Assembly (NCBI RefSeq): GCF_000143415.4
Contig: NW_003314265.1
Coordinates: forward strand, 1,570,446-1,634,445
Reading direction: 5' to 3'
From: Selaginella moellendorffii
Lineage: Eukaryota > Plantae > Lycopodiophyta
Length of the DNA: 64,000 nucleotides
The position numbers and the translations under genes were made by a program. The notes under the pieces were generated by a model. The model saw nothing but the letters and a program-made list of their open reading frames with translations, searched no databases and had not been told where the DNA came from. Of this stretch, positions 35,138-46,056 are shown in pieces; positions within the stretch are counted from its first letter, which is position 1, and every line of letters begins with the position of its first letter.

Positions 35138-37697
35138 CTACGGAGCCTGTTGCTCAGATGCCGCTGTGCTTCTTTTCATTGTCATGCGATGCCTGGGACG
35201 TTTGTCACGCTTCCTCCTTCCGAACTTATACTTTTTGGGATCACCAATGTAGTCGGCTTGCCAGATCTTCTTCAGTGGATTAAACTTGTTCTCAGGCCAT
35301 GGATCGTCCGAGAACCTTGGATCACAAGCTGGAAGTCCAGCTTCTAACCGGCTACACGAAAAAGTTTAGCTTAGTCTCGACTTGCATCAAACAAAACAAG
35401 AAAGAAAAACTTACCAGGTAGCATCACGCATCAGAGCTTCTTCTTCCTCTCGGCACCGCTGTCTGTGCATTCGCTCTAGCTCCAGCATCATCACTTGGCG
35501 CTTTGGAAGTGGGATATCTACGTGCTTGTCGCCTCGAGCAGCAGCTTCGTTGTAAAGCCGGTTTCTCGTCTGCCCAGCCAAGTCTTAAACCAGTGCTAAA
35601 CTCCACAGAGAAACTTACCTGTCTTTCTTCGCGAGCAACGTCCAGCTCAAGCTCCGCTTTGTCAATGTTCTACAAAAGCAGCTCACCAGTGTTAAAAACC
35701 TTGCAAGGTTTGTAGCTCAAAAGCAAAGAACTTTACCACAAGGAATGATCGATATGGAACAGCTGGTGTTGGTGCTAAGATCCCAACGACGCCCGGATTT
35801 TTCCTTGCTGCCTTCCTCTTGATCAGTTGCTCATCGTCGTCGTCGAGGTCCTCCTCGTCGGTAAGCTCTTTCTCTACCTGGTTCACGTACTCATACCATT
35901 CTTCTTTGGTGGGTTCAGGAACTTTTTCTTCCTCGCCGTTCGTCTCTTCTCCTTTCTCGTCTTCGACTTCCACTTCATCCCCGGTGCCCTCTTCGTCATC
36001 TAGGATCGATTGCTCGCAAATGTACAAATGCCGGAGCTGGAGAACCAGAAGATTACAAAGAGATTCAAGCGAGCAATTAATGTGCCTGACCTTGGGGATG
36101 TATGGATGAGAGCATTCTCTGGGATCCGGTTCATCAGCAAAGGTTGGCTCCAGCTCCAGAGTAAAAGGTCTCCCTGTTTCTCTCTGAAAAAAAAAAAAAA
36201 CAAAAAAAACTATCTTAGCACAGAACAACCATCGAAAAACTTACAGCGACTTCCTCATCGTGTCCATCTCCTGGTCGTTGTATGATTGGCGGATACTTGA
36301 ATCTTCTAAATCTGCACGCAAAAACTTTAGCCACTACAATGCCGAGCTCTAAAGATCTTAAAGAGTTTACATGTCTTTGTCGATGTTGGGGTTCACGAAC
36401 CTCATCTCGATTGGGAAACGATAGCGGTAAGGATCTCGCTTAGCCTGTAGTTACAAAACAAGGAAGTTTACCCGTAAAATCGAGTGAATCAATCAAACTT
36501 ACAAGCACTTCCACCTCGACAATGCTCCCGACTTCAAGGATATGCCGCAGCTTGAACCAGTCATTGTCTTGAATTCCGACCCAGCTGATCGAAGAAGATG
36601 AAAAAGAAAAAAGTTTCAAACGAGAAAGAGAATCGAGCTGAAACCGAGCTTACCCGTCATGAACGCAACCAAAGTAAATGAAAGCACCATCGTGTTTATC
36701 AATGTGGACGATCATGCCAACATGGTGCTGTCCAGGATATATAAATGGAAGCTCATACTGTGAAAAACAAGATCAAAGAAGAACACAAGGAGAAGAGAAA
36801 ACTAAAACTACGAACCATTCCATCAGTGTACCGTGCTCCTGTGCGTCGTCTACCAGGAGAGTACTCGGGATCAACCTATGATCGAAACAAGAGAAAGTTA
36901 GAACTCCGAGAATTCACTCCGAAAGATAACTCCAAATAAATGCTTGCCTCGAGAGCTTCTTTGTCTAGTCTTTCCTTGTTGGCGGCCACCCATTCATCAT
37001 ACTGTTTTACGAAAGTCTCCCATCGCGCGAGAGAAATCCCCGGATCATCGTGAGCTCTAGCGCCCTCCAAATCCTTCTTTTCCACCACCACATTCTCATA
37101 CATGGTGTGCGTCTCGCGGATGAACTCCAGCTCCTTTTGATCCACTTCCCACCCCGGCGGCGGCCAATCCCTGGGAGGAATCAGCGCAAACGCGACGCTG
37201 TGGAAATCCAGCTCCTCCTCCACCTCTCTCACCTCGGGCGCCTTCTTCTCCCTCTTGGGCTTCTTGTCCAGCAGCTCGATCACGCCCTCCGGCAGCCGCG
37301 GATTCTCCACCGACGCATCGCCCAAGCTCTTGAGCGCGAAGTGATTCTCCGGTGGGTGGACCTCCTCCCATGGCGCCCATCCTCTCCCCCACAGCCACTT
37401 CAGCTCCTCGCGCGCCCGCTCCTTCTCGGATTTGCCACTGGTGGATGCGGCTGCGTCTGGATCGCCATCGTCGTCCTCTTCTTCCTCGCTGGCCTTGGCT
37501 TTGGAGGATCTGGAAGCCCTCCTAGATACAAGAATGCGCTGCTGGTGGCCGGGACGAGGATCTGGGTCCCTGCATTCTAGCTTGCTCCTGGAAATCGAGG
37601 GAGAGAGAGAGGATGCTACCTTATCTTTCTTGCTCGCAGTGGAGGATCCAGGGAAGTGGCAGTAGCGAGAGGAGACCGAGACCACGGAGCTGGTCAT
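35138..37697 (-). CDS. PTAC10: Plastid transcriptionally active 10 (S1-domain PEP-associated protein)
   Basis: Transit peptide, RGWAPWEE, PPRDWPPPGWEVD, WVAANKERL, YSPGRRR, RDPYRYRFPIEMRFVNP; GC-AG intron at 36876-36947. Confidence 0.9.
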
Positions 37698-38581
37698 GGA
37701 CTTTTACTTAAACCCTAGGGGGTTTTCATTTGGAGGGATTCTTGGAATCTCAAAATCCTCCAGTGTAGAAGTGACCAAGTCTATAGTAACTCGATAGTAA
37801 CTCTCAGTGATATTTAAACGAGCTCAATCTTTTTCTTGTCAAGAAAACTTGGCACAGCATATGCCCAGAGCTTGTATTTGCTAAAATAAATGCCCAGGCA
37901 GGGCATTTGCCTCCGGTGAAGGACTCTGAGATATGAGAGCCCTACGGTATTTAGAGGGTAAGGTGTCTACTCATCTTGTACAAGGAACATTTAAGCGTAT
38001 CCTAGGATCTTCTTCAAATTACTTACAACAGACCTCTTGGCGTATTTGTATGCCTTCTCATCGTCAAGCCTGAGAGTGTTCAAACAGAATATCTATTTAC
38101 CTATAGTTTTGATGGTCGGTAGCTATTTTGAAGCATGAAACTGATGGATGCAAGAATGCAATTTGGATTCTCTTTGTCGCGTCAGTATCATCATCACACA
38201 TCCTTGGATCTTCCCAATGTAGCGACGGCTTGTATATATCGGTGACCGGACGAGGCTCAAATGAGAGCTCCACATCTGAAGAACCTTCTCTTGGCCACTG
38301 TGGGATGTCAAGCTGGAGATTATATCAAACCCGTTGGAGTTTACATTGGGTGCGTTTGAGAGGACTAGTTGCAGGGGAGAGGAACTATGGCGTTGAAGTG
38401 TTGCGGATCCACTTTTAAACACGCTCGTCCGGACGTATCTGGGGCGAACCATCAAAGTTTGCTTGATAAGTTTGTCCAGTGCTGCCCAGCTTATCTGTTT
38501 GGGTTCTGGAGCGAAGCCAAGTTAGCAACTTGAGATAACCCTAAACCTCACAAATGAGCCAGCTTGTTATAGATCAAGCGC

Positions 38582-39500
38582 TTGAAAAACTTGCTATGTA
38601 CTAGACTGAGTGAACAAGTTGCAGTGGCGAGTGAACGAGTGGTAAGTACAACTTTTTCTCACAGTGCAAACATCTTTTTTTCACAGTTGAAAAGAGATCT
38701 CTTTTGCGGGCACTACTGCACCGCCAAGAGCTGCGCTTCTTCATGTCCACCTTTCTCACAGCCTTGTGAGAAACGCTGCTTTCACAGGAGATGCACAGAC
38801 GTCTGTGGAGGACCATGCAAGAAGTGCCTCGAACCTTGCTCCTGGAACTGTGAGCATTTCATCTGCAAGCTTTTGTGCTTCGAGATCTGCGAGAGGCCAC
38901 GCAGTGACAGCCCGTGCCCGAAGCTGCTCGTTTGTGAGCATCCCTGCATCGGACTGTGTGGAGAGCCTTGCCCAAGTGCCTGCCGCATTTGGCACCCGGA
39001 TACTTTCGCTGCATGAGAGCGGGAGCTCCGATAGATTCATCCAGCTTCTCGACTGCGGCCACATCTTCGAGGTAACTGGGCTTGACCAGTGGATGGATAT
39101 GGACGATCACGGTGCACCAGATTCTTCCGTAGCAATCAATCGTTCCAAAATCCTGGTAACTAGATTTAAGTTCTTTGATTTTATGCTGATGCATTAAGTT
39201 CTCATAACTTCGTTGCAGTCCCGCATTTAAGATGCCAGTCTAGACGTCTTTCCGCTATGAAAAAAAATGCAGTGAAAAAAAAGTAGAGCTCGTCAAGACG
39301 AAAGTCAGTGAATGCGAGCAGACAAGAACAGGCATGGAAATGCTAAGCAGGAAAGAATACCAGCAAGCACACCAACTTTTCAAAAATGTCATCAAAGAAC
39401 AGCCGGAGAACTTTGGCGCACACCTTTGAATGGCTTAAACACTGTGCGGGATGAAAGAATTCGGGCACGCAGTCACTCACCTCCGGTTTAAAGCCGATAG
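38582..39500 (+). pseudogene. ZNFX1-like (NFX1-type zinc fingers plus split RING-like region) relic with TPR-like tail
   Basis: CGHYC..CPP..PCEKRCFHRRC..CGGPCKKCLEPCSWNCEH..CFEICERP..PCPKLLVCEHPCIGLCGEPCP, frameshift near 39010, then DRFIQLLDCGHIFEVTGLDQWM. Further stops follow downstream. Confidence 0.75.
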
Positions 39501-39882
39501 AAGCAGCCTGGCCACCGAAATCCGAAGCTTGCCAGCGCCACGAGGGTTATATACCATCAGCTTAACCTCGAGGTCCATCGCGGCTCCAAGGTCTCTCGCT
39601 ATTGAGGCGGTGCTCCTGGGCGAATTTTCCGTGGAAACCAGGAAGCTCTTGGCTGGTGAGTAGTAGCTGGATACACTTTTCTTTTGCATAGGCAGAGAGT
39701 CCATCAACTTTTCGCTGGACAACGCTTTAACTCCGAGCGGCCTATATCGATGTTATCAGCTACGGCTGGACGAAGGGCTAGAGCGTCGCAACCGAATGCC
39801 TTTTTATATTTTAGCACACCCTAAACACCATATAAATGCGGGCCTGCAAAAGGTAGGGTTTCCGCACAGAAAGCTAAGGTAT

Positions 39883-40848
39883 ATGGGCAAGAGCAGAATT
39901 GCAATTGTGGGAGACGTCCATGGCGCGTGGGACTCAAAGCTGGATGCCCAAGCCCTGGAGCTTCTCAAGCCAGATCTGGTGTTGTTTGTGGGCGACTTCG
40001 GCGACGAGAACGTCCAGATCGTGCAAGAGATCAGCAAGCTTGGAATGCCCAAGGCAGCAATCCTAGGCAACCACGACTGCTGCTACAGTGCCGCACACAA
40101 GCCGACACCCAAGAAGTGCAGCAGCGCCATCAAGAGGTGGGCGCGAGTGGATCAGATGCTGAAAGCCCTGGGAGACGATCACGTCGGCTACAGGCGCAAA
40201 GACTATCCAGACTTGAAGCTGAGCGTAATTGGAGTGAGGCCCTTTGCAACCGGCGGCGACAGGTTTTACAACTCGGAATTCCTGTCCAGCACCTACGGCG
40301 TGGACAACATGGAGCAGAGCGCCACAAGAATCGCCCAACTGGCCCTGTCCGCGCCCAAGGGCCACTCGCTTGTGTTCCTGGGCCATAACGGGCCCGCGGG
40401 CCTGGGCTCCCAGCCTGGTGACATTTGCGGCAAGGATTTTGACAAAGGCGGTGGAGGTGATCACGGGGATCCGGACTTTGCTCGGGCTCTAGATATGGTC
40501 CGGGAGCAGGATGCATCCAGGGTGGCGCTAGTGGTGTTTGGACACATGCACAGGCAACTTCTTGGTTACAATCGTGGCAAGCAACGCAAAATGTGTTTGT
40601 GTGATGCTAAAAGTGCTGCCAAGACGGGGACTGTCTACGTAAATGGAGCGGTTGTGCCGCGCTGCGAGGACGAGCGGAGGCACTTCACAGTGGTGGACAT
40701 GGCAGCGGGGCGGGTCGAGAGCGTCAGGGAGACTTGGGTTGCGGTTCCAAAGGATGGGCCGGCTCATCTTGCATGTGAGGAAGTCTTGTTTGCTCACAGG
40801 CCAGTCTTGGCTGTCAAAAACAGAGCACAAGGCAAAACTAAAAGTTAG
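39883..40848 (+). CDS. Calcineurin-like metallophosphoesterase (TIGR04168/DevT-like), intronless
   Basis: IAIVGDVH, LFVGDFG, ILGNHD, FLGHNGP..LG..DICGKD..GGDHGDPD, VFGHMH, YVNGAVVPR. Confidence 0.88.
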   Translation: MGKSRIAIVGDVHGAWDSKLDAQALELLKPDLVLFVGDFGDENVQIVQEISKLGMPKAAILGNHDCCYSAAHKPTPKKCSSAIKRWARVDQMLKALGDDHVGYRRKDYPDLKLSVIGVRPFATGGDRFYNSEFLSSTYGVDNMEQSATRIAQLALSAPKGHSLVFLGHNGPAGLGSQPGDICGKDFDKGGGGDHGDPDFARALDMVREQDASRVALVVFGHMHRQLLGYNRGKQRKMCLCDAKSAAKTGTVYVNGAVVPRCEDERRHFTVVDMAAGRVESVRETWVAVPKDGPAHLACEEVLFAHRPVLAVKNRAQGKTKS

Positions 40849-40849
40849 C

Positions 40850-41760
40850 ATTTTTTAGATATTGTGTACAACAAAAAGAGAAAAAGGTCATTTTACATCT
40901 TTAAATGGGACTTTTGACTATGTTATAAACACAAGATTAATCTAAATGAATATAAATACTAGATAACTAAATATGCTATAATATCCAAGTAGGTTCAATA
41001 ATAAAAAATCATCATATTCACTGTTGATTGAAGGACTTCATGTAAACTATGTGCATGCCAATCATCCCCAATATGGTGCTCCATAGTCATCATATTTACT
41101 AATTAAATTAAAGCATTGGTATTTATTTAATTAAAATTTAATTAAATAGTAGAATGAATTCTGATATTATTTATTGCAACAAAGGGGCATTTTTGTTCTC
41201 ATGTTTTATGGTGAACATTGCAAAATTATATAAATAATTTACAAATAAATGTTATATATATAATACACTTTTTAAACTGCATTATATAGTTTAAAGATAT
41301 TAATTTTAAACCTTTGAAATACAAGTTTTTCAAATTAGATCTACAATATGACTTTAAGCTATGATCATAAAATATAAATTATATGAATCTCAATATAAAC
41401 TTTAATAAAATAACTATAACATAATATATTAAATTTTTTATTCCAACTCAATATATCAGTTATGTTAGAAAGAATTAAAATAATTTTTATCTTAATAATC
41501 CATGAAAGAAAGAAATTATTTAATGAATTATCAATAAACATATATTCTTCAAAGAGAATGGAATATTATTTTGAATAGATAAATGAGAATGAACGAAATT
41601 CAATTTGATTTTATACAGAAATTATACAAAAATTAAATGCTTGAAAAGTTGATTTAAGTGGAAAATAATATAAATTAATTATGACTAATTTCACATATAC
41701 GCTTCTAATATTGAAACTAGAATGTTAAAGTTTTGTTTATACATTTAAACATCTTATTTA
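40850..41760. other. Very AT-rich non-coding island
   Basis: Abrupt compositional change at the metallophosphoesterase stop; no ORFs. Confidence 0.8.
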
Positions 41761-41822
41761 AGATCATTTTGGTCGGCCACTATAAAATTAGGGCTAGGGG
41801 TACTCTGTATCTAGGGCCGGAA

Positions 41823-42538
41823 ATGGCGATGGCGATGGCGTTGCATTCTCCCGCGGCGGTGGATCTCGCCTGGGCAGCGCCACGGCGCTGCAGAGCAGGC
41901 GATTCGCGGATTGTTTGCATCGGCGGCCGGAGTTCCAAGGTAAATGCGGACTGATAGATCTCCCGTGCGTGACACACTCGCTGTGCTCCAGGAAGAGGCC
42001 GCTCGAAAGGCTCTAGAACAGGCTTTAGGTGGGAAGAAGGAGGCGTTTAGTAAATGGGACGAGGAAATCCGGCGGAGAGAGGCTACTTCTCGAGGCTCTG
42101 GCGGAGGAAAAGGACGTTGGGGGGGATTCGGCGGTGGTGGAGGCGGCGGTGGCGGAGGTGACCCCGCGAACGAGGGCTCCTGGGAAGAAGCCAAGCAAAT
42201 TGTCTTCGCTTTCACGGGGTTGATTGGAATCGTAAGTTCATGTTTCGTTCGTCCAGCCATGCATGAACTAACTGATGTCCACTCTTCTCTTTTCTTTGCA
42301 GTTTTTCCTCCTCACGAACGGGAAGAAGTCCTTGGTTCTTTTGCTTAATCTTCCCAAATACATGCTCATGGGGGGCAAGAAAAGCGTCGCATTTGTGTTG
42401 AATCTACCGCTGCTACTTCGAAGGGCGACGAAGCGAAAGCAACAACAAAGTGGTGCTACTTCTCCTTCTCTAGCTCCCGTGACCAGTGAGCCGCAAAGCG
42501 CGAAGTCACGCGTGATCAATAAATGGGGAAGAGATTAG
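41823..42538 (+). CDS. Plastid-targeted glycine-rich membrane protein of unknown function (3 exons)
   Basis: Transit-like N-terminus, then ALEQALGGKKEAFSKWDEEIRRRE, poly-Gly, SWEEAKQ, a hydrophobic segment and AKSRVINKWGRD*; GT-AG introns restore frame. Confidence 0.75.
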
Positions 42539-43448
42539 AATCCAGGTCGGTGAGCACACCTTCAGTTTTCCTTTTTTCTTCTTCTGGTCATACTGAAACT
42601 TCTCAGAGATTTTGGATGCGAGAGTATTACTACCGTGGAGCCACCCTCTCCCATTCTTCGTGAATTCATGCAAAGAGGTACCTCCTTTTTGTTTTTTTTC
42701 TCGAGCCTTCCTTTTCTTCGACTGTAGCTTAACAGCGAGAGCTGGATCGATTTTAACAGGCACAGGGACAAGTTTGTTTTCTTCCCGAGTTTCCACAGGT
42801 TGAGATCCCACACCCGATCAAACAGGTGTCTGGAGTGAAGCTCAGCATTGCATCACTGCTTCTATCACATCCGATCGATCGCTCCCGACGCCGTCAAAGC
42901 GTCGATGAGAAGAGAAGAAGTCTTTTTTTCTTCTCGACTGACCGGCTCCAACCAAGGAAGGATCAGTCGTTTCGGTTGGTAGGACAGTCACGCCGCTACG
43001 GCGTTGTCAAAGACACGGCGACTTTGTTAAATAAGGGGGAGAAGATTCCGGGAAATATGCTCGCAAAGCTTTGTCGTCTGGACATTATTATGTTGCCAGG
43101 AAGACAACCGATGATCTGAGAAATTTTGCCAGCGATCCAACGGTCGGGATTGCACGGACCCCTTGACTGACATCAACGGCTGGCTCCAATGCGGGGGCTT
43201 TCATTCAATCGCTCGAGCTTGGCGTGATGGCGGTGGTGAGTTGTGTGGAGATTTTGATCCCCTGGAGGAGATAGCGAGGTAGCGCCAGTGCGGCGAGGCG
43301 GCGCCCGCATTCTCGGGGTCGAAATATCCGCGTTGAATCGCCGGTGGATCATCGGTCCAGGGGGTGGGCGCGGGGGCCGCTAGGATGCGATTCGTGGCGT
43401 AGATCGGGTCAGGGCAAGCAGATCTGGGAGGAATCGAGCGAGAAAAGG

Positions 43449-45920
43449 ATGCTGGAGGGCGCGATTTTTGCGGTAGGATTGGTAATGTGTGCTCTTGGCC
43501 TGGGATCGGCGAACTCGCTCTTCAGCGACCATGTCACCAAGCCATTCAGCGCGTCGGATATGCACTGGGTGGACAACCAGGGCCAGTTCATGCAATCCGC
43601 GAGTGGGAATTTCATCCTCACATTCTTCTACTCGAGTCGCAATCAGTACTACCTCTCGGTGGTGCTGGGCGCGGCGATCAACCAGATCGTGTGGACTGCC
43701 AACAGGAACGTCCCCGTGAGCCAGGCCGATAATCTCATCTTCCAGGACGATGGCAACGTCATCCTCTTTGGGCCGCGCGGCTTGCCGGTCTGGAGCACCG
43801 GCACGAATGGAACCGACGCGCAGACTCTCCGGCTGCTCGATAGCGGCAACTTGGTCGTCCAGGACAGCAGGAACAGGACGCTGTGGGAGAGCTTTGCGCA
43901 TCCCACCGACGTGATTGTGGTCGGGCAGAAGCTCCAGCGCGGGATGAAGCTCACGAGCAAGAGGTCGACGACGGACTTCTCCCAGGGCCCGTATAGTTTG
44001 AGCTTGGGTGACCACACATTGGAGCTGGAGATGGATATGGGAGGAGGAGCTCTCGTCCCATACTGGAGGCTGGCCACGGACGTGCGATCCATCTTAAACT
44101 TCCAGACGGACCCCGAGTTTGCGAGCGTTTCTCCTGGGCAGCTCGGTCTCTACGACGGTAGCTCCACACTCGTCGCCACGCTACCGTTGCCGAGCCAGAC
44201 GAACAGCTCCGGCACCATGGTGTTGCTCGTTCTCGGCTCCGATGGAAATCTAAAGTCGAGGGCGTTTACGTCGAGTGGCCAACTTCCCGATGCTTCCGTT
44301 TTCTTGGACAACTGCTTGCTGCCAAGTCCTTGCGGGCCGTATGGAGTGTGCTCTTCCAACGGGCAATGCAACTGCCCGGCCTCGCTTCCACTGATAAATC
44401 CCAGTAGTCCGACGCAGGGATGCAAAGTGGCGGCTTTGGACCTCTGCAAATCCCCGCAAGACTTTCAGTTTCAAGACCTTGATACGAACTTGTTTTACTT
44501 TGCAAACCAGTTTGCTACACCAGCATCCGCGGTCACGCTCCAGGATTGCAAGCGACTTTGCACGGAGAACTGCTCGTGCACGACCGGGTTTTTCAACACG
44601 ACGTCGGGGTCGTGCTACTTGTCCAACACGGTGAAGCTCGGGAGCTTCGACAGCACAAACGGTGGCTTCCAGACGTTTATAAAAGCTCCCAAGAAACAAG
44701 GCAACGATGGGCAGAAGAGCATTCTGATCTACGTGATCGTCGGCTGCAGCCTGGGCTTGATCCTCGCCCTCATCGGTGGGTTCGTGTGGTGGTATAAGCG
44801 GAGGCTGAGAGCCGCAAGAGCCGATCCAGACGAGGAGGATGGCTTCTTGGAAGCCATACCCGGACTTCCAGCGCGGTTCACGTACAAGGAGCTGCAAACT
44901 GCGACTAATGGATTTAGCAAGAAACTTGGCGGCGGTGGATTCGGTTCTGTCTACGAAGGCACTCTCCCGGACAAGAGCAAGGTGGCGGTGAAGCAACTGG
45001 AGAGCATCGGACAGGGAAAGAAAGAGTTTCGAGCGGAAGTCGCGACTATCGGCAGCATTCATCATGTGAACCTCGTCAGGCTCCGTGGATTTTGCTCCGA
45101 GGGAACACACAGGCTCCTGGTGTATGAGTTCTTAGCTCGCGGCTCGCTGGATAAGTCTCTCTTCAACGAAAGCAGCAGCCAGTTGCTGAGCGACAGCCCC
45201 GTGAATCAACAGCCGCCGGTGGTGCTGGACTGGGACACGAGATACAACATCGCGCTGGGAACCGCGAGAGGGCTGGTTTACTTGCACGAGGACTGCCGCG
45301 AGAGGATCATCCATTGCGACATCAAGCCGGAGAACATCCTCCTGGACGAGCACTTCACGGCCAAGGTGTCCGACTTTGGGCTGGCCAAGCTCATGAACCG
45401 GGAGCAAAGCCACGTCTTCACGACCATGCGAGGAACTCGGGGCTACCTCGCGCCCGAGTGGCTTCTCAACACCGCCATCTCCGAGAAGAGCGACGTCTAC
45501 AGCTTCGGCATGGTGCTGCTGGAGATCGTGAGCGGCCGCAAGAACTTTGATCCCAACGAGACGTCGGACAAGTGGTACATCCCGGCCTACGCTTTCAAGC
45601 AGGCCGAGGTGGGAGCCTTGGTGGAGTTGCTGGACGCCAGGCTCAAAGGCCACTCAAACGAAGAACAGGTGGTCAAGGCCGTGAAGATCGCGCTGTGGTG
45701 CATCCAGGAGGAGATGCATTTGCGGCCCTCGATCGGCAAGGTCGTCCAGATGCTCGAGGGAAACGTTCCAGTGCCGGATCCGCCACTGTCGAGTCAATTG
45801 GCAGTGAGGCTTCACGCTCGAATGGCCGACGCTGTGAGCGAGCGAGATGGGTACTCGCTCGGCAGCGAGTTTAACAGCGAGGATCTCCTCTCGGCGAGCT
45901 ACTTGTCCGGCCCAAGGTGA
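43449..45920 (+). CDS. G-type lectin S-domain receptor-like kinase (SD2-5-like), intronless
   Basis: B-lectin motifs (IVWTANR, LLDSGNLV, LWESFAHPTD), EGF/PAN cysteines, transmembrane helix, kinase GGGGFGSVY...HCDIKPEN...DFG...GTRGYLAPE. Confidence 0.95.
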   Translation: MLEGAIFAVGLVMCALGLGSANSLFSDHVTKPFSASDMHWVDNQGQFMQSASGNFILTFFYSSRNQYYLSVVLGAAINQIVWTANRNVPVSQADNLIFQDDGNVILFGPRGLPVWSTGTNGTDAQTLRLLDSGNLVVQDSRNRTLWESFAHPTDVIVVGQKLQRGMKLTSKRSTTDFSQGPYSLSLGDHTLELEMDMGGGALVPYWRLATDVRSILNFQTDPEFASVSPGQLGLYDGSSTLVATLPLPSQTNSSGTMVLLVLGSDGNLKSRAFTSSGQLPDASVFLDNCLLPSPCGPYGVCSSNGQCNCPASLPLINPSSPTQGCKVAALDLCKSPQDFQFQDLDTNLFYFANQFATPASAVTLQDCKRLCTENCSCTTGFFNTTSGSCYLSNTVKLGSFDSTNGGFQTFIKAPKKQGNDGQKSILIYVIVGCSLGLILALIGGFVWWYKRRLRAARADPDEEDGFLEAIPGLPARFTYKELQTATNGFSKKLGGGGFGSVYEGTLPDKSKVAVKQLESIGQGKKEFRAEVATIGSIHHVNLVRLRGFCSEGTHRLLVYEFLARGSLDKSLFNESSSQLLSDSPVNQQPPVVLDWDTRYNIALGTARGLVYLHEDCRERIIHCDIKPENILLDEHFTAKVSDFGLAKLMNREQSHVFTTMRGTRGYLAPEWLLNTAISEKSDVYSFGMVLLEIVSGRKNFDPNETSDKWYIPAYAFKQAEVGALVELLDARLKGHSNEEQVVKAVKIALWCIQEEMHLRPSIGKVVQMLEGNVPVPDPPLSSQLAVRLHARMADAVSERDGYSLGSEFNSEDLLSASYLSGPR

Positions 45921-46056
45921 AGTCCGCGCCGTTGGATCGGCATCTTCCGTTAGTTCGAATGTACACCGTCCGATTAGAATCGAAAGAATATCTCAATCCT
46001 GAGCTCTCTCTCAATTTTAGGGTTCTTCGTTCTCCCGCCAGGATAGGGTTTTGAGA

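Noticed and set aside
42506-42850. Minus-strand Lys-rich ORFs and a 31-aa Cys-rich micro-ORF
   Set aside because: The long frames start at GTG, no family motif or splice support is evident, and they overlap the neighbour's 3' region.
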